This document shows positions 12,433 through 21,262 of a stretch of DNA of 64,000 bases, piece by piece; position 1 is the stretch's first letter, and each line of letters starts with the position of its first letter. This DNA comes from an uncultured Spartobacteria bacterium (GTDB taxonomy: Bacteria; Verrucomicrobiota; Verrucomicrobiia; Chthoniobacterales; JAATET01): NCBI GenBank assembly GCA_937901895.1, contig CALGTD010000042.1:590-64589 (forward strand). Direction: 5' to 3'. Position numbers and translations under genes: made by a program. The notes below the pieces were generated by a model that saw nothing but the letters and a program-made list of their open reading frames with translations, did no database searches and was not told the origin of the DNA.

Positions 12433-13424
12433 ATTTCCTCGCGAACGGTGTCCGCGGCGGTTCGCGCGTCGCGGACGACCCCGCGAAAGAACGGCAACGC
12501 TGCAGCGCCGGCGAGCCCCCACGAGGTGTTCATCAGAAATCCCACGAGGGAGATGGAGACTGCGGTGGCGGCGAGGACGCCGGAGAGCTCGCTGAGGAGG
12601 AAGGCAAACACCTGCTCCCGGACGCCGAGTCCGCCAATGCTGATCGGCAGGGCTGTGATAATGTCCGCAGCGGGCATGATCGCACTCATTTGGAGGAAGG
12701 AGATGTCGACCGAGAATGCCCGGGCGCTTGCATAGAACACGCCAAAGTAGGCGATGAGCATCACCAGGGTGAGCGCCATGGCGCGGAGGGACGCGCGCCA
12801 TTGGTAGGCCATCTGGGCGTAACCCGCGCCGAACTTTCGCAGGATGTTCGGAAACGGCGCCCATCGCGGGGGATTGGCCGTCCAGCCACTGGCGGCGAGA
12901 GAGAGCGTCCATGTGAGCAGCGCGGCGCACCCGATCTGGTAGGCGATCACGATCTGCACCAGCGTCATCACCTTCGGACTGCGGGAGAGCCACTCGTAGT
13001 TCCAGACGGTGAGCACGGCGGTGTAGAGGATGAGTCCGCCGAGGCCGCTGATGCGGTCGAGGATCACTGACAGCAGCGAATCGATCTTCGAGTTTCCGCG
13101 GCGCATGAGGTATGCCGCGCGCACGAGGTCTCCGCCTGCGGCACCCACGAGGAAGGTGTTGCAAAACAGGGCGACCAGGCAGATTTGCACGCTTTTCCAG
13201 AACGGCAGCTCAATGCGCAGCATTTTCAGGAAAATGCGCCAACGGCAGACGCCGACGAGGTTTTCCATTCCCGCGAAACAAATTCCCGCCACGAGCCAGC
13301 CGGGGGTGGTCGACTTCAAGGCGGCGGAAATATCCGTGCGAAATTCCGGATCGCGAAAGAAGAATGCCAGCAGCGCTGCGGTGACCGCGGTCTGGAAGAG
13401 GACGATCAGCCAGCGCTTGAGCAT
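12429..13424 (-). CDS. UPF0104 / lysyl-PG-synthase-TM-type flippase-like membrane protein
   Basis: Start set at ATG 13424 (MLKRWLIVLFQTAV). It is polytopic, with about 8 TM helices, and carries the conserved RWRIFLKMLRIELPFWKSVQI segment typical of this family. Its stop overlaps the stop of the convergent lipoprotein gene. Confidence 0.6.
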   Translation of the reverse strand: MLKRWLIVLFQTAVTAALLAFFFRDPEFRTDISAALKSTTPGWLVAGICFAGMENLVGVCRWRIFLKMLRIELPFWKSVQICLVALFCNTFLVGAAGGDLVRAAYLMRRGNSKIDSLLSVILDRISGLGGLILYTAVLTVWNYEWLSRSPKVMTLVQIVIAYQIGCAALLTWTLSLAASGWTANPPRWAPFPNILRKFGAGYAQMAYQWRASLRAMALTLVMLIAYFGVFYASARAFSVDISFLQMSAIMPAADIITALPISIGGLGVREQVFAFLLSELSGVLAATAVSISLVGFLMNTSWGLAGAAALPFFRGVVRDARTAADTVREEI

Positions 13425-13543
13425 GTGGGTATGGGCAGGGGCGACAATGGAGCGGTCACCGCGCCAGAAGTGCCGGGCGTCGGCAAGGATAAAATCCCCG
13501 CTCGAAATCCGGGCCCGACTGAGCAATTCTTTGGGAACCGCTC

Positions 13544-14377
13544 ATGCCTGCCGTCAAAGTCGATGTCCCCCAGGAGCTTTCCCGTCCGGCAGGGCGGAGG
13601 CGCAGGCAATGGAAGCCGCAGGATGTGTGGAACTACACGTTGCAGGCGGCGAGCGTCGGAATCTTCTTTGCGACCGGTGTGGCGGTTACCCTCGTCGCGC
13701 CGGTCGTCCGGCTCGTGCTAGGACCGGAACGATCGCTGCCGGTCGGTCGGGCGTTGATCCGGGGCCTTTTTCGCTTTTTCTCCTGGTGGCTGGAAGCCGT
13801 GGGGCTGTGTCGCATTCGTTTCGAAGGCGTCGAGAAACTCGCAAGCCTTCGAGGCGTGATCGTGGCACCGAACCACCCCGGCCTGCTCGATGCCGTGTTT
13901 CTGATTCCCCATCTTCCACGGGCGGTGTGCATCATGCGTGCGGGCTTGATGCGAAATCCCTCGTTTCTCGGCGCGGCCGGGCTGGCCGGCTACATCACGA
14001 ATGATCGAGGCCCTGACCTGATCCGGCAATGCGAACGCAAACTGGCCGCCGGTGACAATCTGCTGATCTTCCCGGAGGGAACCCGGACGCGCCTGCACGC
14101 GCGCGCGGTGAACCCGTTCAAGGGCGGCTTCGCGCTCGCTGCGGTGCTTACGGGAGCGCCGATTCAGACCGTATTGATCGCGCGGAGCGGCTCCTACCTT
14201 GCAAAAGAGACCAGCCTCGGCGCCGTCGCGGAGGTGCCGGTGCGGATCACGATTCGAGTGGGCGAGGTCTTTCATGCGCGTTCGGGCGAATCCGCGAAGG
14301 CGCTTGCCGCAAGGCTCGAGGAGTATTTCCGCGCATCGCTCGAAAACTCGGGCGGTGAAATCCGGCTTGCGCACTGA
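13544..14377 (+). CDS. Lysophospholipid / 1-acyl-sn-glycerol-3-phosphate acyltransferase family (PlsC-type LPLAT)
   Basis: HX4D motif (APNHPGLLDAV) and FPEGTRT motif, with an N-terminal TM segment. Confidence 0.8.
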   Translation: MPAVKVDVPQELSRPAGRRRRQWKPQDVWNYTLQAASVGIFFATGVAVTLVAPVVRLVLGPERSLPVGRALIRGLFRFFSWWLEAVGLCRIRFEGVEKLASLRGVIVAPNHPGLLDAVFLIPHLPRAVCIMRAGLMRNPSFLGAAGLAGYITNDRGPDLIRQCERKLAAGDNLLIFPEGTRTRLHARAVNPFKGGFALAAVLTGAPIQTVLIARSGSYLAKETSLGAVAEVPVRITIRVGEVFHARSGESAKALAARLEEYFRASLENSGGEIRLAH

Positions 14378-15132
14378 TGCCGGAGCCCAGCCGCACGCAT
14401 CTCGTCCTTCTGCCGAGCTACAACAGCGGACCGATGCTTCGGAGAACCGCCCTTGAGGCGATGGCGCACTGGCTGCCGGTGTGGATTGTGATCGATGCGA
14501 GCACCGATGGCAGCGACCGCGATGCGCGGGCGCTGGCCGACGAGCATCCGCATGTCCGCTGCATGGTTCTTCCGAAAAATGCCGGCAAGGGCGGCGCGGT
14601 GCTTGAGGCGATGAAGGCGGCGCAGGCCGAGGGATTCAGTCATGCGCTGGTGATGGATGCGGACGGACAGCATCCGGCGGACAGGATTCCCGGGTTCATG
14701 GCGCGTTCGCAGGAGCAACCCGGGGCGATGATCCTTGGGGAACCCATCTTCGGTCCCGACGCTCCGCCGGAACGGGTGAAGGGGCGGCGCGTCGGAAACT
14801 GGTGGGCGAATCTCGCAACCCTTTGGGGGGGCATCCACGATTCGTTGTTTGGCTTTCGCGTGTATCCGATTCGCGAGTCGGTGGAGATTCTCGATTCCAT
14901 CCGCACGGCGCGGCGCTTCGATTTCGATACGGAACTCGCCGTGCGCCTCTACTGGCGCGGCGTCAAACCGGTGAACATTCGGGTGCCGGTGACCTACCCG
15001 CCGCGCGAGGAGGGGGGGACCACGCAGTTTCGCTACCTGCGGGACAACCTCCTGCTCGTCGGGACGCACACGCGATTGTCCCTTGGCATGCTGCTGCGGC
15101 TTCCGAGGCTCCTTCGGATGCGCTCGCAATGA
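14377..15132 (+). CDS. Glycosyltransferase family 2
   Basis: GT-A signature (VLLPSYNSGPML...IVIDASTDGSD...LVMDADGQH). The ATG overlaps the previous TGA by 1 nt. Confidence 0.8.
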   Translation: MPEPSRTHLVLLPSYNSGPMLRRTALEAMAHWLPVWIVIDASTDGSDRDARALADEHPHVRCMVLPKNAGKGGAVLEAMKAAQAEGFSHALVMDADGQHPADRIPGFMARSQEQPGAMILGEPIFGPDAPPERVKGRRVGNWWANLATLWGGIHDSLFGFRVYPIRESVEILDSIRTARRFDFDTELAVRLYWRGVKPVNIRVPVTYPPREEGGTTQFRYLRDNLLLVGTHTRLSLGMLLRLPRLLRMRSQ

Positions 15133-15901
15133 GCGGGGGAGATTGCAAAATCTGGATTGGTCCGTGAAACGCAATCTCCTTCTCGCCGCTGCCGCAGCCG
15201 GAACCCTCGCACCGCTTGTTGCGGGCCGCCGGGGATTCCTGGCATGGCCGCCGGCACACGCGCTCGTCCTTGTGCCGACGCTGCTGCGGAACAATGCTTG
15301 CTTCGGACCGATTGCGACGCACTTTGAGACTCCGCGACGGGAGGTGTGGCTCACGATCGACGACGGTCCGGATCCGCGCGACACGCCGGCGATGCTGGAG
15401 GTGCTCGCGAAATATCGGGCGAAGGCAACGTTCTTCATGATCGGGGGCAAGGCCGGGCGTCTGCGCAGCCTGGCGTGGGAGGTGCGGTCCGCCGGTCACG
15501 GCATCGGGAATCACACCTACTCGCATCCCTCCGCCACGTTCTGGGCGTTGGGTCCACATGCAATGCAACGGGAGATCGAACGCGGGGCCTCAGCCATTCA
15601 TGCGGCAACCGGAGTGCGGCCCGCATTGTTTCGTTCGCCCGTCGGAATGACGAATCCATTTGTCCACCCGGCGCTCGGTGATCAGAGACTGATCGGATGG
15701 TCCGCCTCCGGGTTGGACGGCCTCCGCGACCGCGGGCGGGTGGTGGTCGACCGGATTCTGGCTCGGGTGCGACCGGGTGCGATCGTGGTGATTCACGAGG
15801 GCGGCGCACCGGGACGTGTCGGAACGTTGCAGATGCTGCTCGAGCGGTTGACGGCCGAGGGCTACGCGTGTGTCATCCCGGACTTCGCCTCGCTCCGCTG
15901 A
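15083..15901 (+). CDS. Polysaccharide deacetylase (NodB homology domain)
   Basis: NodB motifs (LTIDDGPDPRDTPAMLEVL, KATFFMIG, GNHTYSHP). The ORF-track start 15083 overlaps the GT2 gene by 50 nt. An in-frame GTG at 15164 is an alternative start. Confidence 0.8.
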   Translation: MACCCGFRGSFGCARNERGRLQNLDWSVKRNLLLAAAAAGTLAPLVAGRRGFLAWPPAHALVLVPTLLRNNACFGPIATHFETPRREVWLTIDDGPDPRDTPAMLEVLAKYRAKATFFMIGGKAGRLRSLAWEVRSAGHGIGNHTYSHPSATFWALGPHAMQREIERGASAIHAATGVRPALFRSPVGMTNPFVHPALGDQRLIGWSASGLDGLRDRGRVVVDRILARVRPGAIVVIHEGGAPGRVGTLQMLLERLTAEGYACVIPDFASLR

Positions 15902-16821
15902 TGCCCTCGAAGCCGCACACCGAACGCGCATTCTACAAGCTGCTCTACACGCCGCAGATCTTTGAGTTCACGTCGCGGCTGTTTCGCTTCCTTGGGCGCG
16001 GGGTCTATGTGCGGGTCGCGCAGGCGGTGGCGTGGAGTTACGCGATGACGCAGCACGGCGTGCGCGATGTCGTGCTCGGAAATCTGCGTCTGCTCGCGGG
16101 AGATGAAGTGAAAGCCGCGGATGCCGTTGCGGTGTTCACGAACTTCGGCGCGACCATTGCGGACTACGTCGCGGTCGGAAACATGCCTGTGGACCGCGCC
16201 GCGGCGCTCTGCGTCGAGACAATCGGGGACGAGCACCTTGAGGACGCGTTGCGCGCCGGCAAAGGGGCGATTCTCGCCACCGGGCACTTCGGATTCTTTG
16301 AATTTGGCGCGCTGCTTCTTGGACGGAAGGGATATCCGATCACCGTCGTGACACTGTCCGAGCCAACGCCGGAGCTGACGAAGTGGCGCGCGGATTTTCG
16401 CAAGCGCTGGGGCGCGGACACAATCGAGGTCGGACCGGATGCCTTCTCGTCCCTGCGTGTCGTTCAAACGCTGCAGGGCGGCGGGTTTGCCGCGATGCTC
16501 GCGGATCGCCCGTTCGGCGGACCGACGGTCGAGGTGGATCTGCCCGGCGGTCGGATCGCGTTTTCCTCCTCGCCCGCTCTACTCGCGTATCTCGCGGACT
16601 GTCCGGTCATTCCGGTTGCGATCACGCGACGTCCGGACGCCACCTATCGCATTGTGTCGAAGCCCTGCATCTGGCCGCGTCAATTCGAGGGAGATCGCAA
16701 CGCACGGGTGGAGGGTGCGACGAAGGTGATTGCCGCGTCGCTTTTCGAGGAGATCGTGCGGGATCCCCGGCAGTGGTATCAGTTCGTCCCGGTGGGATTG
16801 ACCCCGGAAGCGGCGCGCTGA
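15901..16821 (+). CDS. LpxL/HtrB-type (lipid A biosynthesis lauroyl-like) acyltransferase family protein
   Basis: Start at ATG 15901, overlapping the deacetylase TGA by 1 nt. The 306-aa length and layout match the lauroyl/myristoyl acyltransferase family (ILATGHFGFFEFG...PGGRIAFSSSPALLA). Confidence 0.7.
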   Translation: MPSKPHTERAFYKLLYTPQIFEFTSRLFRFLGRGVYVRVAQAVAWSYAMTQHGVRDVVLGNLRLLAGDEVKAADAVAVFTNFGATIADYVAVGNMPVDRAAALCVETIGDEHLEDALRAGKGAILATGHFGFFEFGALLLGRKGYPITVVTLSEPTPELTKWRADFRKRWGADTIEVGPDAFSSLRVVQTLQGGGFAAMLADRPFGGPTVEVDLPGGRIAFSSSPALLAYLADCPVIPVAITRRPDATYRIVSKPCIWPRQFEGDRNARVEGATKVIAASLFEEIVRDPRQWYQFVPVGLTPEAAR

Positions 16822-16932
16822 TCACAGGCTGGATTGCCGCTCGTGGTCTTGAGCGTCTGCGACAGTGCCAGGCTGTAGTTCCTGGAGGGAAATTCCTGCT
16901 CCGCGCTTCTCGTAGAGGTCCTCATTAAAAAA

Positions 16933-16966
16933 GATCTCAAATTTTTGTTGGCCGATCTCATGGTCC
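16933..16966. repeat. 34-nt direct repeat, copy 1 (GATCTCAAATTTTTGTTGGCCGATCTCATGGTCC)
   Basis: 28 of 34 positions are identical to copy 2, which lies 106 nt downstream. Located in an AT-rich intergenic spacer. Confidence 0.7.
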
Positions 16967-17038
16967 CTGCCGCGGGAAGGAGGCAATGTCCGGAAACGTC
17001 GTTCCACCCTCCCCCCAAGCGAATGATGGTCTGTAAAG

Positions 17039-17072
17039 GATCTCAAATCTTCGTTGCTAAATCTCATGGTCC
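17039..17072. repeat. 34-nt direct repeat, copy 2 (GATCTCAAATCTTCGTTGCTAAATCTCATGGTCC)
   Basis: The first 10 and last 12 nt are identical to copy 1. Confidence 0.7.
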
Positions 17073-17114
17073 TTTTTCGCTGTCTGAGCGAATAACGCCT
17101 AAACAAGTCGTCAT

Positions 17115-17178
17115 TTCATGAAGTTCGCTTCCTCCATCCGGCCTGCCCGGGGAGGAAGGTGCAGGGACTTCATGAAGT
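17115..17178. promoter_or_regulatory. Extended imperfect palindrome: two TTCATGAAGT boxes flanking a CTTCCTCC/GGAGGAAG inverted repeat
   Basis: TTCATGAAGT occurs at 17115-17124 and 17169-17178; the second copy lies within the perfect 12-nt palindrome ACTTCATGAAGT. The inner 8-bp arms lie at 17128-17135 and 17151-17158. The element ends about 55 nt upstream of the PEP-CTERM gene start. Confidence 0.4.
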
Positions 17179-17233
17179 GCCGAATTGCCTGCGTCCAATT
17201 TGTAAAGAACCTCATCTAGTAAAACCCGTGACC

Positions 17234-18799
17234 ATGAAATCCCGACTTCTCTCTTTCGTCCCCAAGGCGGCGACGGTGACGTTTCTTTCCGCCCTCGTGT
17301 CGACCGCTCCTGCGGCGGATATCTACTGGGCGGGGGGCGACGGTGACCTTCTGGATCCGGAAAACTGGCTGGGTGGAAGCCTGCCTACCTCGGCGGATGT
17401 GGCGGCAATCAGCAACGGAGCGACTGCGACGCTTGCCGAGGGGGATGTGACCTTCACGCAGTTCTGGATCGGCCAGAACGGTCAGGGCAGCGCCACCGGC
17501 AGCTTCGTTCAGACCGGGGGCTCGATCACGTTGACGACTGGTGGCGTGGTGGGACGTCAGGGAAACGCGGTCGGGAACTGGGAGATGACCGGAGGCTCCC
17601 TGACCACCGGGGATTTACGGCTTGGTGGCGGAGGTGCGAGTTCGACGGATCCCGTCGGCTCCAAGGGAACGATGACGGTTTCGGGTGCCGATACCCTGGT
17701 CACTTCAACCGGCTATGTGGGAATCGGATCCGCCGGGACTGGCACGCTGACGCTCTCGAATTCCGCGATGTGGATCCACAACAGCAACGCCGTTTTTCTC
17801 GTGGGCGGTGACAACAACAACAACCCTGCCAATCAGGCGGGAGGCACCGGCATTCTCACCGTGGCGAGCGGAGCGAGTCTGACTTTCGGTGGGAGCGCAA
17901 ACCTCGGCATCGGCCGCAACACCAGCACGGCCGCGACCACCGGCAACGGCACGGTGATCCTCGATGGCGGCGAGATCACTCTGGGCACCGGCACGGTAAA
18001 TCTCGGCTCCCGGCAGGGGGCAAGCCAGTTGGCGGGAACCGGGACGCTGACCGTGAATTCCGGAACCCTCACTTCCAACAACGGCATCCGATTGAACGAA
18101 GGCACCGGGACCATCAACTTCAACGGTGGCGTCGCGGTGATCGGTGGAATCACGAAGTCATGGGGAAGTGGCACCGGCACCGTGAATTTCAACGGCACCG
18201 TGGTCCGCGCCTCGACCACCAGCGCAGACTTCTTTTCCTACAACGGAAACCAGGGCGCCGGCGTCTTGAATCTGAACATCCAGTCCGGCGGTCTGAAGCT
18301 CGATACGAATGGGAATCTCGTTGTCATTACCCAGAGCCTCACCGGCGTCGGCGGGCTCACGAAGCTCGGCGAGGGGGAACTCGTGCTGAACGGGGAAAAC
18401 GTTTACGCCGGCGGCACGGTGGTGAGTGAGGGAACGCTGGTTGTCGAGGCGGGCGGCACGCTCGGCACAGGGGGCATCGTGGTCGAAAACGGAGGCATCC
18501 TCGATTTTGACTACGCGTTCAGTCTGACCACCGCGGGCCTGGTGCTCGAGGCGGGCAGCCAGTTCAAGCTCGATGAGAATCTCACGTTCGGCGGACTCAC
18601 GATCGACGGAACCACGTTCGCCGAGGGTGTCTACGATTACGCGACGCTCAAGGCGAACTATGGGGACATTTTCCTGGACGGCGGCAGCGGTCAGATCACC
18701 GTCACGACGGCGGTCCCGGAGCCGGGCGCCCTTGCCCTCCTGGTGGTGGGAGGAGCGGCGGCCGGGGTGTTCCATCTCCGTCGCAGGATGCGGCCTTAA
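17234..18799 (+). CDS. Autotransporter-associated beta-strand repeat (PATR) protein with C-terminal PEP-CTERM sorting signal
   Basis: Start at ATG 17234, giving the signal peptide MKSRLLSFVPKAATVTFLSALVSTAPAA. It has Gly/Thr-rich beta-helix repeats and a PATR motif (GGLTKLGEGELVLNGENVYAGGTVVSEGTLVV). The C-terminus reads VPEPGALALLVVGGAAAGVFHLRRRMRP. Confidence 0.8.
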   Translation: MKSRLLSFVPKAATVTFLSALVSTAPAADIYWAGGDGDLLDPENWLGGSLPTSADVAAISNGATATLAEGDVTFTQFWIGQNGQGSATGSFVQTGGSITLTTGGVVGRQGNAVGNWEMTGGSLTTGDLRLGGGGASSTDPVGSKGTMTVSGADTLVTSTGYVGIGSAGTGTLTLSNSAMWIHNSNAVFLVGGDNNNNPANQAGGTGILTVASGASLTFGGSANLGIGRNTSTAATTGNGTVILDGGEITLGTGTVNLGSRQGASQLAGTGTLTVNSGTLTSNNGIRLNEGTGTINFNGGVAVIGGITKSWGSGTGTVNFNGTVVRASTTSADFFSYNGNQGAGVLNLNIQSGGLKLDTNGNLVVITQSLTGVGGLTKLGEGELVLNGENVYAGGTVVSEGTLVVEAGGTLGTGGIVVENGGILDFDYAFSLTTAGLVLEAGSQFKLDENLTFGGLTIDGTTFAEGVYDYATLKANYGDIFLDGGSGQITVTTAVPEPGALALLVVGGAAAGVFHLRRRMRP

Positions 18800-18810
18800 C
18801 CAAAAGGGTG

Positions 18811-18843
18811 TTGGCGGACGGTCCGCGGCGGGCCGTCCGCCAA
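18811..18843 (+). terminator. Hairpin downstream of the PEP-CTERM gene
   Basis: 11-bp arms TTGGCGGACGG / CCGTCCGCCAA with an 11-nt loop, followed by only a weak T tract (TTCACTCC). Confidence 0.35.
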
Positions 18844-18976
18844 TTCACTCCGCGCCCCGGGCACTAACGGTCCGTCGACGCAGTGGTCAAAAACATGGGA
18901 ATCCCTGGCGGAATCACCCTTTCCGCGTCGAGGTTGCTTGCGTGGAGGGGAAGAAATGGGGGAGGATAAACATTGC

Positions 18977-19729
18977 ATGAACGTGCTGATTCTCGCCGCC
19001 GGCTACGCAACCCGGCTTTATCCCCTGACCCTGAACAAAGCAAAGCCGCTCCTCGAGGTGGCGGGCAAACCCATGATCGAATGGGTCCTGGACAACCTCG
19101 CGCCCATTCCCGACATCGAGACCGTTTACGTCGTGACGAACAACAAGTTCGCGCACGACTTCCGCGTCTGGGCGGATGAATACAACCGCCGCCAGCCGAA
19201 ACTGACGTTCAAGATCATCAACGACGGCACGACGAGCGACGCCGACAAGAAGGGGGCGATCGGCGACATTCATCTCGTGCTCACGCAGGAGCACCTTTTC
19301 GGCAGCGATTTGATCGTGGTGGCCGGTGACAATCTTTTCAGCGAGCCGGTCACGGAGTTCGGCACGGTGGGCAAGGACGCGCCGGCGACGGTTGCCGTCT
19401 ATGACGTGGGCGACCTCGAGCTGGTGAAGAAATACAACTCGATTTCGACGGACGCGACGGGCCGGATCACGAAATTTGTCGAAAAGGCTCCCGATCCCGA
19501 GAGCACGCTCAGCGCGATCGCGCTGTATTACTACCGCAGCGACATTCTACCGATGATCGAGCACTACATTGCCGAGGGGAACAACCCCGACCAGCCGGGC
19601 CGGCTCATCGAGTGGCTGCACCACCGTGTCGAGGTTCGCACGTGGAAGGTCCCGGGACTTTGGTTCGACATCGGCGGCAAGGAGTCGCTCGAGGAGGCGA
19701 ACGACGTCTTCCAGAAGTTCGTGAAATAG
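18977..19729 (+). CDS. Sugar-phosphate nucleotidyltransferase (NTP_transferase family)
   Basis: Start at ATG 18977. N-terminal motif MNVLILAAGYATRLYPLTLNKAKPLLEVAGKPMIEW. Confidence 0.8.
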   Translation: MNVLILAAGYATRLYPLTLNKAKPLLEVAGKPMIEWVLDNLAPIPDIETVYVVTNNKFAHDFRVWADEYNRRQPKLTFKIINDGTTSDADKKGAIGDIHLVLTQEHLFGSDLIVVAGDNLFSEPVTEFGTVGKDAPATVAVYDVGDLELVKKYNSISTDATGRITKFVEKAPDPESTLSAIALYYYRSDILPMIEHYIAEGNNPDQPGRLIEWLHHRVEVRTWKVPGLWFDIGGKESLEEANDVFQKFVK

Positions 19730-19802
19730 TTCGCGATTTCGCAATCGGATCCGGGGAGGAGTTGCGTGGACGACCCACGTCCCCCCGGATTAGTCTCGCT
19801 CC

Positions 19803-21242
19803 ATGCCTCCCACCGTCGGCGTGAGCCGGAAGATTGTGCAGGGATTGATCCTGGCGCTTGGCGGTCTGCTCGTGTCCGTGAACAGCGCCCGGTCGGAGAT
19901 TCTCTGGAGTGATTCCTCGACGACGCTCGTGCACGAAAGCCTTCCCGAGAAGGTTTTGCCGCGCGAAGAGATCGGTGTCCGGGATACGACCGCGTCCGAT
20001 ACGTTGTATATCCGGTTCGACGTCGATCCATTGTCCGACGCCGCCACCGACGCGTCGGTTCGCTATCTCGCCGGGATGGTTTTTTACGAGAACGGGAATG
20101 AGCGGTTCGGTATCGGCAACGGGTGGAGGGCACGCGGATACAGTGCGTTCAATACTGCGGAGCAGGGGCCGGAGAACGACACGTTTGGCGAGTTCGACCT
20201 GCAATCGTCCCACCCGGAGAAGGGGAAGAGTTACGAATTTGTCCGCCGGAGGACGCCGCGCACGATTGTCGTGAAGATCCAGTATGTCCCGGGTGAACCC
20301 GCCCGGGTGACCGCCTGGATTGATCCGGATCTTTCCCTTGGCGCGACGGAGGCAAGCCAGCCGCTGGACATTCAGACGCAGTTCCGCGCCGATGCCACCT
20401 TCGACGAAATCCGGTTTCGTCATCAGGGCGGAGGCGATGGATGGATGTTCCGGGACATTGCGGTGGCGACCACTTTCGAGGATCTGCTGCGGCCGCGCTT
20501 CTGGCAGCGTCGGTGGTTTCTGGGGCTCACGGCGGGCGTGGTCCTGGTGGCCGTGGCGCTTTCGGTCCAGTTGCTGGAGCGACGGCGTGCACGCCGGAGG
20601 ATTCAATGGCTCGAGCGGGAGCGTGCCGTCGCCCTCGAGCGCGAGAGAATCGCCCGCGACATTCACGACGAGCTCGGGGCGGAGCTTGCGCAGATCGGAT
20701 TGCTCGCAGACATTGGTGGCGACGGTGCCACCAGTCCCGGCGAGATGAACCGGAATTTCGCACGCATCGCACGCCATACCCGCGGAGTCGTGGCGGCGCT
20801 GGACGAGATCGTCTGGGCGGTGAATCCTCGTAACGACAACCTGGCCCGGCTTGCGGACTACCTCTGCCGGATCGCCGACGAAATTTTCGAGGAGTCCGCG
20901 ATTCGCTGCCGCAAGGAGGTTCCCACGGGGTTGCCGGAGTTTCCGGTGAGTTCGGAAACGCGCCACGATCTCACGCTCGCCGTGAAGGAGGCGTTTACGA
21001 ATCTGCTCAAGCACTCGGGAGCGACCGAGGCATGGTTGCGACTGAGGTGGGCGGAGCCGAATCTGACGATCTGCGTGGAGGACGACGGACGTGGCTTTGA
21101 TATTTCCTCGGCAAAACGCGGAAACGGACTGGACAATCAACGCACCCGATTGGAACGAAATGGAGGCACGGTGGAGGTGAAGAGCGTTCCCGGAGAAGGG
21201 ACGCGATTGATTATCCGGATTCGACTCGATCGCGACGAATAG
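19803..21242 (+). CDS. Sensor histidine kinase (HisKA_3 / NarX-type) with large periplasmic sensor domain
   Basis: It has a signal/TM segment, a periplasmic domain of about 230 aa, and a second TM segment (WFLGLTAGVVLVAVALSV). The H-box is ERERIARDIHDELGAELAQI. The HATPase_c domain includes GNGLDNQRTRLERNGGTVEVKSVPGEGTRL. Confidence 0.85.
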   Translation: MPPTVGVSRKIVQGLILALGGLLVSVNSARSEILWSDSSTTLVHESLPEKVLPREEIGVRDTTASDTLYIRFDVDPLSDAATDASVRYLAGMVFYENGNERFGIGNGWRARGYSAFNTAEQGPENDTFGEFDLQSSHPEKGKSYEFVRRRTPRTIVVKIQYVPGEPARVTAWIDPDLSLGATEASQPLDIQTQFRADATFDEIRFRHQGGGDGWMFRDIAVATTFEDLLRPRFWQRRWFLGLTAGVVLVAVALSVQLLERRRARRRIQWLERERAVALERERIARDIHDELGAELAQIGLLADIGGDGATSPGEMNRNFARIARHTRGVVAALDEIVWAVNPRNDNLARLADYLCRIADEIFEESAIRCRKEVPTGLPEFPVSSETRHDLTLAVKEAFTNLLKHSGATEAWLRLRWAEPNLTICVEDDGRGFDISSAKRGNGLDNQRTRLERNGGTVEVKSVPGEGTRLIIRIRLDRDE

Positions 21243-21262
21243 CCCGCCTCTTCCGAATCAAC

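Noticed and set aside
16822-17106. 94-aa minus-strand ORF in the spacer upstream of the PEP-CTERM gene.
   Set aside because: Its only notable feature, a repeated FSNEDL/FFNEDL peptide, is the translation of the 34-nt DNA direct repeats. The region is AT-rich with atypical codon usage and has no recognisable domain. It is better explained as non-coding repeat sequence.
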